A stretch of DNA of 64,000 bases, from contig CAVYTU010000009.1 of assembly GCA_963771465.1 (NCBI GenBank), positions 160,001-224,000 on the forward strand, given 5' to 3'. Below the pieces are notes generated by a model. The model was not told where the DNA came from and made no database searches. It worked only from the letters and a program-made list of their open reading frames with translations. The DNA comes from an uncultured delta proteobacterium (lineage in GTDB: Bacteria; Desulfobacterota; Binatia; UBA9968). The first letter of the stretch is position 1; every line of letters starts with the position of its first letter. The translations under genes and the position numbers were made by a program. This document shows positions 39,688-49,387 of the stretch, piece after piece.

Positions 39688-40680
39688 CTATCTTTTAGCC
39701 CATAGTTGATCGAAAAATCCACTCTTTTCAATGTCCTCCAAGAACCTGTTGTCAACTAATTCCTGGGGCCGCACTTTCTTCGCGCGCGGCTCAGTTTGGG
39801 CCACTTCATCGAGGATCGCTTGCAAGGCTTCGGGTTTCACCACCAAGCGCGGCTCCAAGGCCTTGATCTCGGCGTTGTAAGCCGACTCCAAAATGGTCCG
39901 GTCGGTGACGCGCAAGTGTTTGCCCAGAACCTTATAGACAAACTCCCGATCGGTATGCATGAGCTTCGACGCCTCGGCCATGGCGCGCATGTACTGCGCC
40001 ATAGCTTGGTTTTTTTTGGCAATCGTCGAGCGCTTGGTCACGAACGCCGTCGCCGTGTAAGGAATTTTTAGATCCGGCCCGTAAATGACATAGTGATAGC
40101 CGCGCGCCAGCGCCTGGGCGTCGGTCGGCGGCGTCAAGCAAGCGACTTCAACACCACCAGCAAGCAGCGCCGTGAACGACTCCGGATCGCCGCCCGATTG
40201 GAGAAAGGTGTAGTCGCGGTTGGGCTCCATGTTATGACGGCGCAGCGCCTGGATCGTGAAGTAGTGCGAGTTGCTGCCGATCCGGCTGACGGCGATACGC
40301 TTGCCTTTAAGATCTTCCGGCCGTTTCAGATTGCCGCCGGCGACAATGTTTTGGGTCATTAAATTTTTCACGCTGCCGACATAGACGATTTCCGTCGAGC
40401 CGCGCACGAAGGCGATGACGTTGCCGACGCCGCCGGTCATGGTCATATCGGGATCGCCGCCGAGCAACGCCGCGGTAACGATGCTTGATGACGCGATGAA
40501 AACTAAATTGTGGTCGAGATTATATTTCTTGAATAACCCGGCTTCCTCGGCGATCCACGGCAAGGCTTGCGCCATCACCCGCGCCGAATAGATCGTGGTA
40601 AACTTCTCCGCCGCCGGCGCGGGCGCGGCAGCCATCAGCAGCAAGACCGGCAATATGCCGAGCAGAGCTCGCCGTCTCAC
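39688..40680 (-). CDS. NMT1/SsuA-like ABC substrate-binding protein
   Basis: Signal peptide and DLKGKRIAVSRIGS. GTG start overlaps the upstream TGA. Confidence 0.88.
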   Translation of the reverse strand: MRRRALLGILPVLLLMAAAPAPAAEKFTTIYSARVMAQALPWIAEEAGLFKKYNLDHNLVFIASSSIVTAALLGGDPDMTMTGGVGNVIAFVRGSTEIVYVGSVKNLMTQNIVAGGNLKRPEDLKGKRIAVSRIGSNSHYFTIQALRRHNMEPNRDYTFLQSGGDPESFTALLAGGVEVACLTPPTDAQALARGYHYVIYGPDLKIPYTATAFVTKRSTIAKKNQAMAQYMRAMAEASKLMHTDREFVYKVLGKHLRVTDRTILESAYNAEIKALEPRLVVKPEALQAILDEVAQTEPRAKKVRPQELVDNRFLEDIEKSGFFDQLWAKR

Positions 40681-41687
40681 TTCTTGCTCCACAATTGATC
40701 CATGAAGCCGCTCTTGTTCATTTCATCCAAGTAGCGGCTATCCACCAATTCCTGCGGCTTGATGTTTTTCGCCCGCGCGTCAGTAGGCGCCAACTCATCG
40801 AGGATCGCCTGCAAGGATTCCATCTTGATCGCCAGACGCGGCTCCAAAGCTTTGATCTCGGCATTGTAGGCTGAATCCAGAACGCTCCGGTCGGAGATGC
40901 GCAGATACTTACCGAGAACTTTGTAGAAGAACTCCCGATCGGTGTGGACCAATTTGGAGGTTTCCGCCATGGCACGCATAAAATTAGTTATCACTTGGGG
41001 TCGCTTGGCGATCACCGAGCGCTTGGTGACAAACGCCGTGGCAGCATAGGGAATCTTCAAATCCGGACCGTAGACGACGTAATGATAACCTCGCGCGATC
41101 GCCAGGGCATCCGTGGGCGGCGTCAAATTGGCGACTTCGAGGGAACCGCTCATCAACGCGGCGAGCGTCTCCGGATCGCCGCCGGTTTGCAAAAAACTGT
41201 AGTCCCGGTTGGGTTCCATGTTATGACGGCGCAGCGCTTGGATCGTGAAGTAGTGAGAGTTGCCGCCGATGCGGCTCACGCCTATCCGTTTGCCCTTCAA
41301 GTCTTCAACTTTTTTGATATTGCCGCCGGCGACCAGCGTCTGAGTCATGACGTTCTTCACGCCGCCGGTGAAAACCACGTCGGTGGAACCGCGCACGTAG
41401 GCCGCCACGTTGCCGATGCCGCCGGTGACCGTCATCTCGGCGTCGCCGCCAAGCAACGCGGCAGTGACGATATTGGACGAGGAAATAAACACTAGATTGA
41501 AATCAAGGTTGTACTTCTTGAATATCCCAGCTTCCTGAGCCACCCAGGGAAACGACTGAGACATGACACGGGCCGAGTGAATGCCGACTAGCCTGTCCGG
41601 CGCCGCGGCGCCACGCGCATCGGTACGTATGGCGATTATCACCAGCGCCATCAATATCCCAAAGATCGAATTGAAATATTTACACAT
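40677..41687 (-). CDS. NMT1/SsuA-like ABC substrate-binding protein (tandem paralog)
   Basis: Shares long near-identical stretches with 39688-40680, e.g. SHYFTIQALRRHNMEPNRDY. Confidence 0.88.
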   Translation of the reverse strand: MCKYFNSIFGILMALVIIAIRTDARGAAAPDRLVGIHSARVMSQSFPWVAQEAGIFKKYNLDFNLVFISSSNIVTAALLGGDAEMTVTGGIGNVAAYVRGSTDVVFTGGVKNVMTQTLVAGGNIKKVEDLKGKRIGVSRIGGNSHYFTIQALRRHNMEPNRDYSFLQTGGDPETLAALMSGSLEVANLTPPTDALAIARGYHYVVYGPDLKIPYAATAFVTKRSVIAKRPQVITNFMRAMAETSKLVHTDREFFYKVLGKYLRISDRSVLDSAYNAEIKALEPRLAIKMESLQAILDELAPTDARAKNIKPQELVDSRYLDEMNKSGFMDQLWSKK

Positions 41688-41701
41688 GAAGATCTCGCTC
41701 G

Positions 41702-41782
41702 TTAGCGTTGGCCGTAGAGTTCGTTGATGAATCCCGTATCTTCTAACTCCTTAATCAAGCGGATGTCAAAGAAGTCTTTGGT
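41702..41782 (-). pseudogene. 3' remnant of another SBP gene
   Basis: KDFFDIRLIKELEDTGFINELYGQR* resembles the neighbouring SBP C-termini (DNRFLEDIEKSGFFDQLW); no intact upstream part. Confidence 0.55.
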
Positions 41783-42005
41783 GTGCCGATCGAGGTGTGA
41801 CCTGGAGGAGCGAAGGCTTTGGCGCGAATATTTCATGGTGTGATCGGCGCTTGGTACCACATTTGAACTTTTCGCTGATGAGCGCATTGGCATCTCGCCC
41901 TCGTCGCAGCTTCAAGGCGCAACTGCTTTGCCTTCGTTCCGGAAGGGTCACATCTCGATCGCCGTTTCACCGCGCATAATCCAAACTTGGAAATGGCCGA
42001 TAGCG

Positions 42006-43031
42006 TCACGGCGCGAACCGTTCCTTCCAGCGCGGAATCGCCAACGGATTCACCACCGTATCGGGGATTTTGCCGTCGAGAATCGTTAGAATGCTTTGGG
42101 CAGCCATCTTTTGTCCCGCTTCCATGGAGCCCGGATTGGTGCCGATCGAATGCGGCGTGAGAATCAGGCGATCGGGGTCAACTTTGCGCAACGCATTGCC
42201 CCACGTCAGCGGTTCTTCGGCAAATACATCGAGCGCCGCGCCGGCAATCAGGTTTTCATTCAAAGCCTGGACTAGATCGGCTTCTTTGATCGCCGGCCCG
42301 CGTGAGGTATTGACGAGAAACGCCGTCGGCTTCATCAGCTTCAGCTCGCGCAAACCGATCATGCCGCGGGTCTCGCGCGTGAGCACGACGTGCAACGTCA
42401 CCACGTCGGACTGCTTCAGCAACTCGTCCAGGCCGACCATTTCAATGGCCAAATCGGCGACGGCCTCCTGCTTCACATAAGGGTCGTAACCGAGAATTTT
42501 CATGCCCCAGGCGCCGAGGCGCTTGGCGACGTTCCGGCCGATGCGGCCGACGCCGATGATGCCGACGATTTTGCCGAGCATGAGCGAGCCGCGGCTCTCT
42601 GGCGCTTTCCAACCCTGCGCGCGCAGGAAAGCTTCGTTGAACTTGAGCCGTTTGAACTGCGCCACCATCAGGCCGATGGTGGCTTCGCCGACGCCCAGAT
42701 AATTTTCCGGCGTCGGGCTGTTGCAGCAAATAATACCCAAGTCCGTCGCCGCCTCGACATCGACGGTTTCGATACCGATGCTCGACTTCACCACCGCTTG
42801 GAGGTCAGGACAGGAATCTAAAATCTCGCCGCTGATGATATCGCGTCCAGCGGGATAGAGAACCGGGCAATCGCCAACGAGCATGATCAAATCCTTACGC
42901 TCATAGCGAAAGTCGCGGAATTCATCTTGCGGCTTGCCCAACACTAGCTCGCAGCCGGCATTGCGCAGCGCATCTTCCGCCACCGTGATGCGCGGCGGGC
43001 CGGTCAAGCAAACCTTGCGCTTGGCTGCCAT
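42006..43031 (-). CDS. D-isomer-specific 2-hydroxyacid dehydrogenase
   Basis: GIIGVGRIG, YDP, VNTSRG, AALDVFAEEP and TPH; start MAAKRK at 43031. Confidence 0.9.
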   Translation of the reverse strand: MAAKRKVCLTGPPRITVAEDALRNAGCELVLGKPQDEFRDFRYERKDLIMLVGDCPVLYPAGRDIISGEILDSCPDLQAVVKSSIGIETVDVEAATDLGIICCNSPTPENYLGVGEATIGLMVAQFKRLKFNEAFLRAQGWKAPESRGSLMLGKIVGIIGVGRIGRNVAKRLGAWGMKILGYDPYVKQEAVADLAIEMVGLDELLKQSDVVTLHVVLTRETRGMIGLRELKLMKPTAFLVNTSRGPAIKEADLVQALNENLIAGAALDVFAEEPLTWGNALRKVDPDRLILTPHSIGTNPGSMEAGQKMAAQSILTILDGKIPDTVVNPLAIPRWKERFAP

Positions 43032-43039
43032 CGCATCCT

Positions 43040-44062
43040 TCAGCTCAGATTGTAGAGTTTCTTCGCGGTGTCGGCGAAAAGCCATTTTTTGGCTTCGTCG
43101 TTCAAATCTTTGCGCCGGCCCAAATGCTGGATATTTTCCGGAAACTCGGTGTCCCAGTGGGGAAAGTCCGAAGCATAATAAATGGCCTGGTGCGTCAACA
43201 CCTCGGTCACGGCACCGATCTGCGGTTCATAGTCCTCCGCGTGGAAAAATATCCGTCCATCTTTTAAATAGTCGATGGGCTTTCGTTTGCACTTTGGCGC
43301 TTCCACTTCGCCACGGATTTCCCACTCCTCGCTCATGCGGCCAAACCAGTAGGGCGCCCAGCTACAACCCGCTTCCATGAAGGCGACGCGCAGTTTGGGA
43401 AAGCGGTCGAAAACGCCGCGAAACATCATGCTGGTGCAATGCATCATCTGGGCGAAGGAATGAGACAAGGTGTGCACTTCGATAAATTGATCGAACATAT
43501 CGCCGGCAAAAAAATGCGGCCCGCGCACGGTGGCGTGGACGCCGACCATGCAGCCCAGCTTTTCCGCCTCTTCATAGATCGGCCAATAGTTCTCGTGGCC
43601 GAGCGGCATGCGCAAACCGACCGCCGGCAACATCAGGCCGACCAGTTTTAATTCTTTGACCGCCCGGCGTAATTCTTTCACAGCTTCCGGCACATCCTGG
43701 AACGACACCAAGGCGACGCATTTGAGCCGCGGGCTGACTTTTTGAAATTCTTCCGAACAGAAATTATTCCACGCCTGGGCGTATTGAACCGCCACATCCG
43801 GCTCGCGGATCCAACCGATGCTCAAGCCATTGGTCGGATAAAGCACCGCGGTGGAAACCTCACCGCGATCCATCGCCTCGAGCCAGCTCTTGGCGTCCCC
43901 TGCGCGGCTGCCAAGCTTGCCGCTCAACGAGCGATCCCAGCTATCTCCCAGCGTCAGCGTCGAGACCCGTTTGACGTATTTTTCCGGCATGTATTTCTTG
44001 AGTTGCGCGTCGGATTCGGTGATATGCCCGTCGGCATCGATGACTTCAAATTGATTCGCCAT
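43040..44062 (-). CDS. amidohydrolase_2 family protein
   Basis: IDADGHITE, FMEAG and YASDFPHWD. Confidence 0.9.
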   Translation of the reverse strand: MANQFEVIDADGHITESDAQLKKYMPEKYVKRVSTLTLGDSWDRSLSGKLGSRAGDAKSWLEAMDRGEVSTAVLYPTNGLSIGWIREPDVAVQYAQAWNNFCSEEFQKVSPRLKCVALVSFQDVPEAVKELRRAVKELKLVGLMLPAVGLRMPLGHENYWPIYEEAEKLGCMVGVHATVRGPHFFAGDMFDQFIEVHTLSHSFAQMMHCTSMMFRGVFDRFPKLRVAFMEAGCSWAPYWFGRMSEEWEIRGEVEAPKCKRKPIDYLKDGRIFFHAEDYEPQIGAVTEVLTHQAIYYASDFPHWDTEFPENIQHLGRRKDLNDEAKKWLFADTAKKLYNLS

Positions 44063-44294
44063 GGCGGTTTACCTCATCTTAGATTATGTCCCAACTGGTA
44101 CGCCTCAGCCGAGCATTGTGTCAAGAGAGCTAAAGGCAATTGAGAATTTTCTTGAGCGAGGAGCCAAAGTGATGGTAATCAATTAGCTTGCAATTCGCCG
44201 GCGGCTACTGAACGCGCCGGAAGTTCCCCGCCGGCGACAAAGAACTTAAGCTTTTTGTCCGGCAATCGTCTAAGCTGTAAGCGGAGGATGAGGA

Positions 44295-44579
44295 ATGAAA
44301 AAGGCTTGCTATTTGACCCTGCTGCTGACCTGGACCTTATGGACCCGCACCCAGAGTCCGACCTCCGACACTTGGGGAGCGGCTCCCGGCCTGGGTTCTC
44401 AAGCAAAATGCGAAGCAAGCATGAAAGAAAAGCTCGATCTGTGGAAGCAGTTCAAAGACTCCAAGTTTGGCAACAACTCGGTCACCTTCACGAACAACAA
44501 CACCACCATGAGCTACTTCTGCCTGCCCGAAACCGAAGACCCGCGCAAACCGGCCAAAGCGCCCAAGCCCGCGAAGTAA
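44295..44579 (+). CDS. small exported hypothetical protein (two Cys, CLPxTxDPR motif)
   Basis: GAGG RBS, hydrophobic N-terminus, W.LW...C...CLPETEDPR. Confidence 0.7.
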   Translation: MKKACYLTLLLTWTLWTRTQSPTSDTWGAAPGLGSQAKCEASMKEKLDLWKQFKDSKFGNNSVTFTNNNTTMSYFCLPETEDPRKPAKAPKPAK

Positions 44580-44718
44580 ACCATTCGCACAGCATTGCCC
44601 TGTCACCGTCGACTATTGAATTGCCGCCTGCCAAAGTCGGCGTATCGCGGTCTGGCGTCATCGGAACTAGACATTACCTTTGCTGAAGGATATGGAAGAT
44701 TCATTCAACGCGAAATGA

Positions 44719-45243
44719 GTGAGTCACAAAATCCTTTACCCGCTGATGGCTGCCAAATCATTAGGCATTGACGAGGCGACTATGAAGGCGAACATGCTCG
44801 ATTATACCAAAGCGGAAATCTCCCAGCTTCCGGACGGCTTGTTAAACGCTGAATGGCAGCAATACATGGCTTTTTCCAACCAACGGCAGCGCTTGCGCGA
44901 AGAGGTGCAAAGAATGATGCGCAAGAAATCCGCCGAGCAACAGGTGAAAGCCGGAGATATTGCGGAAGGTGGCATGGCGACCACCAAACTTGGGACAAAA
45001 GAAGTTTTGTTGGCGAAAGTTGCCGGCAAAATTTACGCCATCGATAACGCTTGCGGTCATTCGGGTTATCCCCTGCACAAGGGAAAACTAGACGGTTACG
45101 TCGTGACGTGCCGATGGCACGACGCCCAGTTCGACGTCCGCAACGGCGCAGTACTATCGGTTGGACGGGAAATGAAACCGATCAATCGATATCGCGTCGC
45201 CCAAGCTGAGGATGGCACAATCAAAATCGGGGAAGAATTATGA
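44719..45243 (+). CDS. Rieske [2Fe-2S] ferredoxin with N-terminal helical extension
   Basis: CGH...CRWH..FD motif. Confidence 0.85.
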   Translation: MSHKILYPLMAAKSLGIDEATMKANMLDYTKAEISQLPDGLLNAEWQQYMAFSNQRQRLREEVQRMMRKKSAEQQVKAGDIAEGGMATTKLGTKEVLLAKVAGKIYAIDNACGHSGYPLHKGKLDGYVVTCRWHDAQFDVRNGAVLSVGREMKPINRYRVAQAEDGTIKIGEEL

Positions 45244-45701
45244 AGACGCCGAGCAGAGCTGAGTTGGACAAACTGAACTTAGACGAGTTGAACGAGCTTG
45301 CCAGCGAGCTCGCTGAAGAAGATGAGGAGATCAAAAGAGTACGGCGCTATTTCATCGACGAATTTTGCCAGCGGGTGCCGGCCAAAGCGATTGCGTCCGC
45401 CGATCTTGCCGAGGGCGAGTTTATGGGTGCGTCATTGGACGGCCGCCCGATTCTCCTCGCTAAGGTCAAAGGAGAAGTTTTCGCCCTCAGCGATAAGTGC
45501 CCGCACCGCGGCTTTCCGCTGCATTACAACGGCAAGCTGGATGGCTATACCATCACCTGCGCCTATCATGGCGGCCAGTTCGATATCCGCAACGGCGCCT
45601 GTATAAAGCATCCGACAGAAACTTACCCATGCGAACGTTTCCAGCCTAACACCGCTGCCGATGGCACCATCGTCTGTGAAGCGATTAAAGAAAAGGCTTG
45701 A
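45240..45701 (+). CDS. Rieske [2Fe-2S] ferredoxin with N-terminal helical extension
   Basis: CPH...CAYH..FD motif; ATGA overlap with the previous gene. Confidence 0.88.
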   Translation: MKTPSRAELDKLNLDELNELASELAEEDEEIKRVRRYFIDEFCQRVPAKAIASADLAEGEFMGASLDGRPILLAKVKGEVFALSDKCPHRGFPLHYNGKLDGYTITCAYHGGQFDIRNGACIKHPTETYPCERFQPNTAADGTIVCEAIKEKA

Positions 45702-45778
45702 GAGCCCAAATCCCCGGTCCTGTTTAATGTCTCTCTCGGGACGGTTGAATTCGCTTTCCTTCGGGGCAAGTGAAGTTC

Positions 45779-45799
45779 CGTCATGCCCGCGTACGCGGG
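45779..45799. repeat. REP-like palindrome
   Basis: CGTCATGCCCGCGTACGCGGG, the same CGTCA-headed type as 22016. Confidence 0.5.
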
Positions 45800-45877
45800 A
45801 AAGACGAACAAGAGCAAGTCCACTGCGACTGGACGCCATCAAAATCCTTTGGCTTTGAGCTGAGGATTGTTTAATTC

Positions 45878-46903
45878 TCACGGAAAGAAAATTTCTTTTA
45901 GCTTCTTGGCGAACTCCGGTTCGCGTTTGATGCCCTCTTCAGTTTGCAGCACCGCCAGTTTTGCGCCTTGCAGAGCGTCGGGTCCGAGACTCGATGAAAC
46001 GCCCTTGCGCAACGGCAGATAGCCGGTGTCGGCGACGGCCTTTTGGCCCGCCTCGGACAAAGTAAAATCAATGTAGAGCTTGGCCGCGTTGGGGTGCGGC
46101 GCGTTTTTCACCAGGCCCAAGCCCACGCGCGTGTAAAACGCGCCGTCACGGGGCTTTAAAAATTTGACCGGCGCCGACTTTGGCGCTTCCACGGTGGCGC
46201 GCTCTTCGGTGCCAGCGATATGGACAAAATATTCGCCGCGCGCGATCAGGCTATAGACGAGATCGTTGGTGCGGCCGAAGAAGATTTTTTGCTGGGCCAT
46301 TTTTCTCAAATAGTTTTCACCGAGGCTCGGGTCCGTCAGGGTCTGGGCGAACCAACTAAAGCCGCCGCCACCGGGGCGCGGATCCTGGATCGCCAGTTTG
46401 CCTTTCCATTTGGGCTCGGCGAGATCGGCCCACGAGCGCGGCGTCTCGTCGGCGCTAACCCAGCGAGTATTAACGACGAGGCCGTAAACATGCGCCGAGT
46501 GCGACAGGGTCAAGCCGCTCTTGTCGATCGCCGAGGGTTCGAACTGCGCAAGTTGCGGCGACAGATACTTTTCCAAGTGTCCTTCCATGCCAAATTGATA
46601 GAGGCCGTTCCAACCACAGGAATGCAAATCGGCCGTAGGCCGCCCGGCGCGCCCTTCGCTTCTGATCTTCTCCTGAAGCTGCGAGCCTTTGCCATAGCTG
46701 ACTTGGACCTTGATCCCTGGATACTGGCGCTCAAACTCGCGCACTACCGGTTCAACGTTTTCCCGTCCGGGACAGCTATAGAGTACCACTCTGCCTTCGG
46801 CGCGCGCTTTGTCGGCGATCTCCGCGCCATGGCTCGGCGCTAACATTGCCACGCCTAAAGTTACGCTAGACCCGAGCAGCGCTACGAGTAATTGTCTTTT
46901 CAT
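45878..46903 (-). CDS. Fe(III)/thiamine-type ABC extracellular solute-binding protein
   Basis: Signal peptide, PRSWADL..PKWKG and APHPNAAKLYIDF; GGAG RBS before ATG 46903. Confidence 0.88.
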   Translation of the reverse strand: MKRQLLVALLGSSVTLGVAMLAPSHGAEIADKARAEGRVVLYSCPGRENVEPVVREFERQYPGIKVQVSYGKGSQLQEKIRSEGRAGRPTADLHSCGWNGLYQFGMEGHLEKYLSPQLAQFEPSAIDKSGLTLSHSAHVYGLVVNTRWVSADETPRSWADLAEPKWKGKLAIQDPRPGGGGFSWFAQTLTDPSLGENYLRKMAQQKIFFGRTNDLVYSLIARGEYFVHIAGTEERATVEAPKSAPVKFLKPRDGAFYTRVGLGLVKNAPHPNAAKLYIDFTLSEAGQKAVADTGYLPLRKGVSSSLGPDALQGAKLAVLQTEEGIKREPEFAKKLKEIFFP

Positions 46904-46993
46904 CGCAATTCTCCTTGCCGGCGACTTCTTCCGAGAATCATCGTGTATACACACACTAATTGCCCTCTCGATTACCGCACTCGCTGTTAGCCG

Positions 46994-48682
46994 TCAACGA
47001 TCCTGATCCGCGACTTTCGCTCCTAGCAAACGCGCTAAGCCGAGCGAAACCAAGATGATCACCATCAGCACCAACGAAAGCGCGCACACGGTGCCCGGCT
47101 CGCCTCTCTGCCAGTAATGAAAAAGCGTCACGGAAAGTAGTTCGGTACCGTGGCCGTAAAGTAAAATAACCGGACCGAGTGTGCGGATAAAGCTGACAAA
47201 AAGAATTAGCATACCGGCGAGAAACACCGGCGCCATGAGCTTCAGGGTGATGGTGCGAAAGGCGTAAAGCCAACTGGCGCCGTGAACCCAGGCGCTTTCT
47301 TCCAGTTCGTTGCTGATCTGTACCAGGCCGCCGCAAGCCAACCTAACGCCGAGGGGAATACCGTGGGTGATAAAGGCGATCAGTAAAATCCACAGCGTGC
47401 CGTAAATCTCAAAAGGATAAGGCAGGCGGATATACGCCCAAAGCATGCCTAGGCTGAGAACGATTCCGGGGACCGTCCAGGGCACCCAGGAAATCAGCTC
47501 CAGCGCCTTTTTGCCGCGGAAGTTCGTCTTGGTGATAACGTATGCGACGGCGAACGAAAGTAACATGGTGATCAGCGCCGCCGTACCGCCGAGAAGAAAA
47601 GAATTCTTCATGCTCTGCCAGACGAGCACATCTTGGAAGATCGTCCGGTAATGATGCAAAGTCAGCGTCTCGCGTTCATAGAGACCGAACACTTCGAAGA
47701 ACGATCCCAGCACGAGCTGGGACATGGGCAGCATCGTTGCGATGAAAAAATAAACCGAGCAAATGGCCAGGGTCGCATATTTCCAGCGGCCGAGGCTGAT
47801 GAGCATGGGGCGGTAACCTTTGCCGCTGATGACCGAAAAAGATTTTCCCCGCAGGATTCTATTTTGCACTGCGATCAACAGCGCCGTCATGATAAAAAGT
47901 GTCACCGCCAGCGCGGTGGCAACGCCGTATTTCGGCGGATAGCCAAAATCGAGCGCCTCGTAGATTTTGTTGGTGAAAACAAATATCCCGGCCGGCAGCC
48001 CCAATATCACCGGCAGTTCGAAGGACTCCATGCCGCGCACGAAGGTGAGCAAGCTCGCGCCTAAAATCGCCGGCGCCATAAGCGGCAATGTGATGCGCGC
48101 AAAAACCTCGGCATGGCTGCTGCCCGACGCCAGCGCCGCTTCTTCCAGGGAACTGTCCATGGCGCGAAAGGCGCCGACAATGAGCAGAAACTTGGTCGGG
48201 CCCGAGGTAATTGTCCAGGTCCAAATCAATCCGCCCAGGGAGTAAATATTGAATGGCGGCTCGGCCAAGCCGAAGAGCCAGGTACAGAAGACGTTAAGCA
48301 AACCCGTGCGCGGACTTAGCAGCAACGCCCAGGCAAACACTTCTAAAATCGACGGGACGAAAAAAGGAATGAGCATGAATAGCGTAATCAGGCCGCGGCA
48401 CGGCGTGTCGGTGCGGGTCACCACCCAGGCAAAAAACATCGCCACCACGGCCGACAGCAGAGTTTGCGCGCCGACGATCAAGCAGGTGTTGAGAAAAAGC
48501 CGGTAGGTCTCCCGATCGCTGTAAGCGTCGATAAAATTTTGCAGCGTAAAAACGCCCGGATCGCCAGGGGCCGAGCTGCGCACGCTGCCATAGAGCAGCA
48601 TCAAGACGGGATAGAGGACGATCAGCGAAACGATTAAGAAAAGGACACCGATGACGAATCTGGAAAAGCGGGTTTGGTTCAC
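46994..48682 (-). CDS. Fe(III)-type ABC transporter permease (FbpB-like, duplicated module)
   Basis: Many TM segments and two EAA loops (LEEAALASG, LEESAWVHGA). Confidence 0.9.
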   Translation of the reverse strand: MNQTRFSRFVIGVLFLIVSLIVLYPVLMLLYGSVRSSAPGDPGVFTLQNFIDAYSDRETYRLFLNTCLIVGAQTLLSAVVAMFFAWVVTRTDTPCRGLITLFMLIPFFVPSILEVFAWALLLSPRTGLLNVFCTWLFGLAEPPFNIYSLGGLIWTWTITSGPTKFLLIVGAFRAMDSSLEEAALASGSSHAEVFARITLPLMAPAILGASLLTFVRGMESFELPVILGLPAGIFVFTNKIYEALDFGYPPKYGVATALAVTLFIMTALLIAVQNRILRGKSFSVISGKGYRPMLISLGRWKYATLAICSVYFFIATMLPMSQLVLGSFFEVFGLYERETLTLHHYRTIFQDVLVWQSMKNSFLLGGTAALITMLLSFAVAYVITKTNFRGKKALELISWVPWTVPGIVLSLGMLWAYIRLPYPFEIYGTLWILLIAFITHGIPLGVRLACGGLVQISNELEESAWVHGASWLYAFRTITLKLMAPVFLAGMLILFVSFIRTLGPVILLYGHGTELLSVTLFHYWQRGEPGTVCALSLVLMVIILVSLGLARLLGAKVADQDR

Positions 48683-48742
48683 TCGAAGTAGCTTCGTTTG
48701 TCGATCAAGTTGTTTTCACTGGACCCAGCAGCAGACGACACG

Positions 48743-49306
48743 CTAAAGGTTCAAAATTTGAGCGCTCATCTCTATTGCGCCCCGACTACGGGCGCAGTTA
48801 GCTCTGTCTACGGTCACCGATAAACTAAAAAAACTGTACGGATTGCCGCCTATATGCGGCAGGGGCACCCACCAGAGCCACCAGTCATCGCCACTCTCGC
48901 GGATCGAGATCGGTATTTGCTGCACAGCGCAGGATTCGAGGTTAACAGCCACGTAACGAGCCTTTCTAACCCAACTCATCAACCAAGTCGACTGTTGCTC
49001 GAAGCAATCTTGCCATCCCTGTCGGCCGTTCGACGCGGACATTGCTCCGCGCTCTTCGCTGACGCAGTCACCGACCACCGGATGAATTAGCCGCACCACG
49101 CCGTACTGCTCGTCCGATTTCGCTCGGGCGAGTAGTCGTCCATTGGCATCGAGGAACGTAACCTCGTCTTTAAAAACCCGCAGCTGATTCGGTTTTTCTT
49201 TCGGATCGTACAAAGTCACGGACAGTGAGCCATGAGTCCGCTGATGGTAGTAACCGTAACTCAAAACACCCGCCACGAATATCAAGACTGCGACGAGTTT
49301 GCCCAT
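48743..49306 (-). CDS. hypothetical membrane-anchored protein
   Basis: N-terminal TM, four Cys and a WWLWWVPLPHIGG motif. Confidence 0.7.
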   Translation of the reverse strand: MGKLVAVLIFVAGVLSYGYYHQRTHGSLSVTLYDPKEKPNQLRVFKDEVTFLDANGRLLARAKSDEQYGVVRLIHPVVGDCVSEERGAMSASNGRQGWQDCFEQQSTWLMSWVRKARYVAVNLESCAVQQIPISIRESGDDWWLWWVPLPHIGGNPYSFFSLSVTVDRANCARSRGAIEMSAQILNL

Positions 49307-49387
49307 CGTGTTACTATGATCGAAAGTATTCGTACCCTAAGGATTTTTTGCGTGGGTTTTTCGGCTGGAAATGATCAAAAAGAGAAT

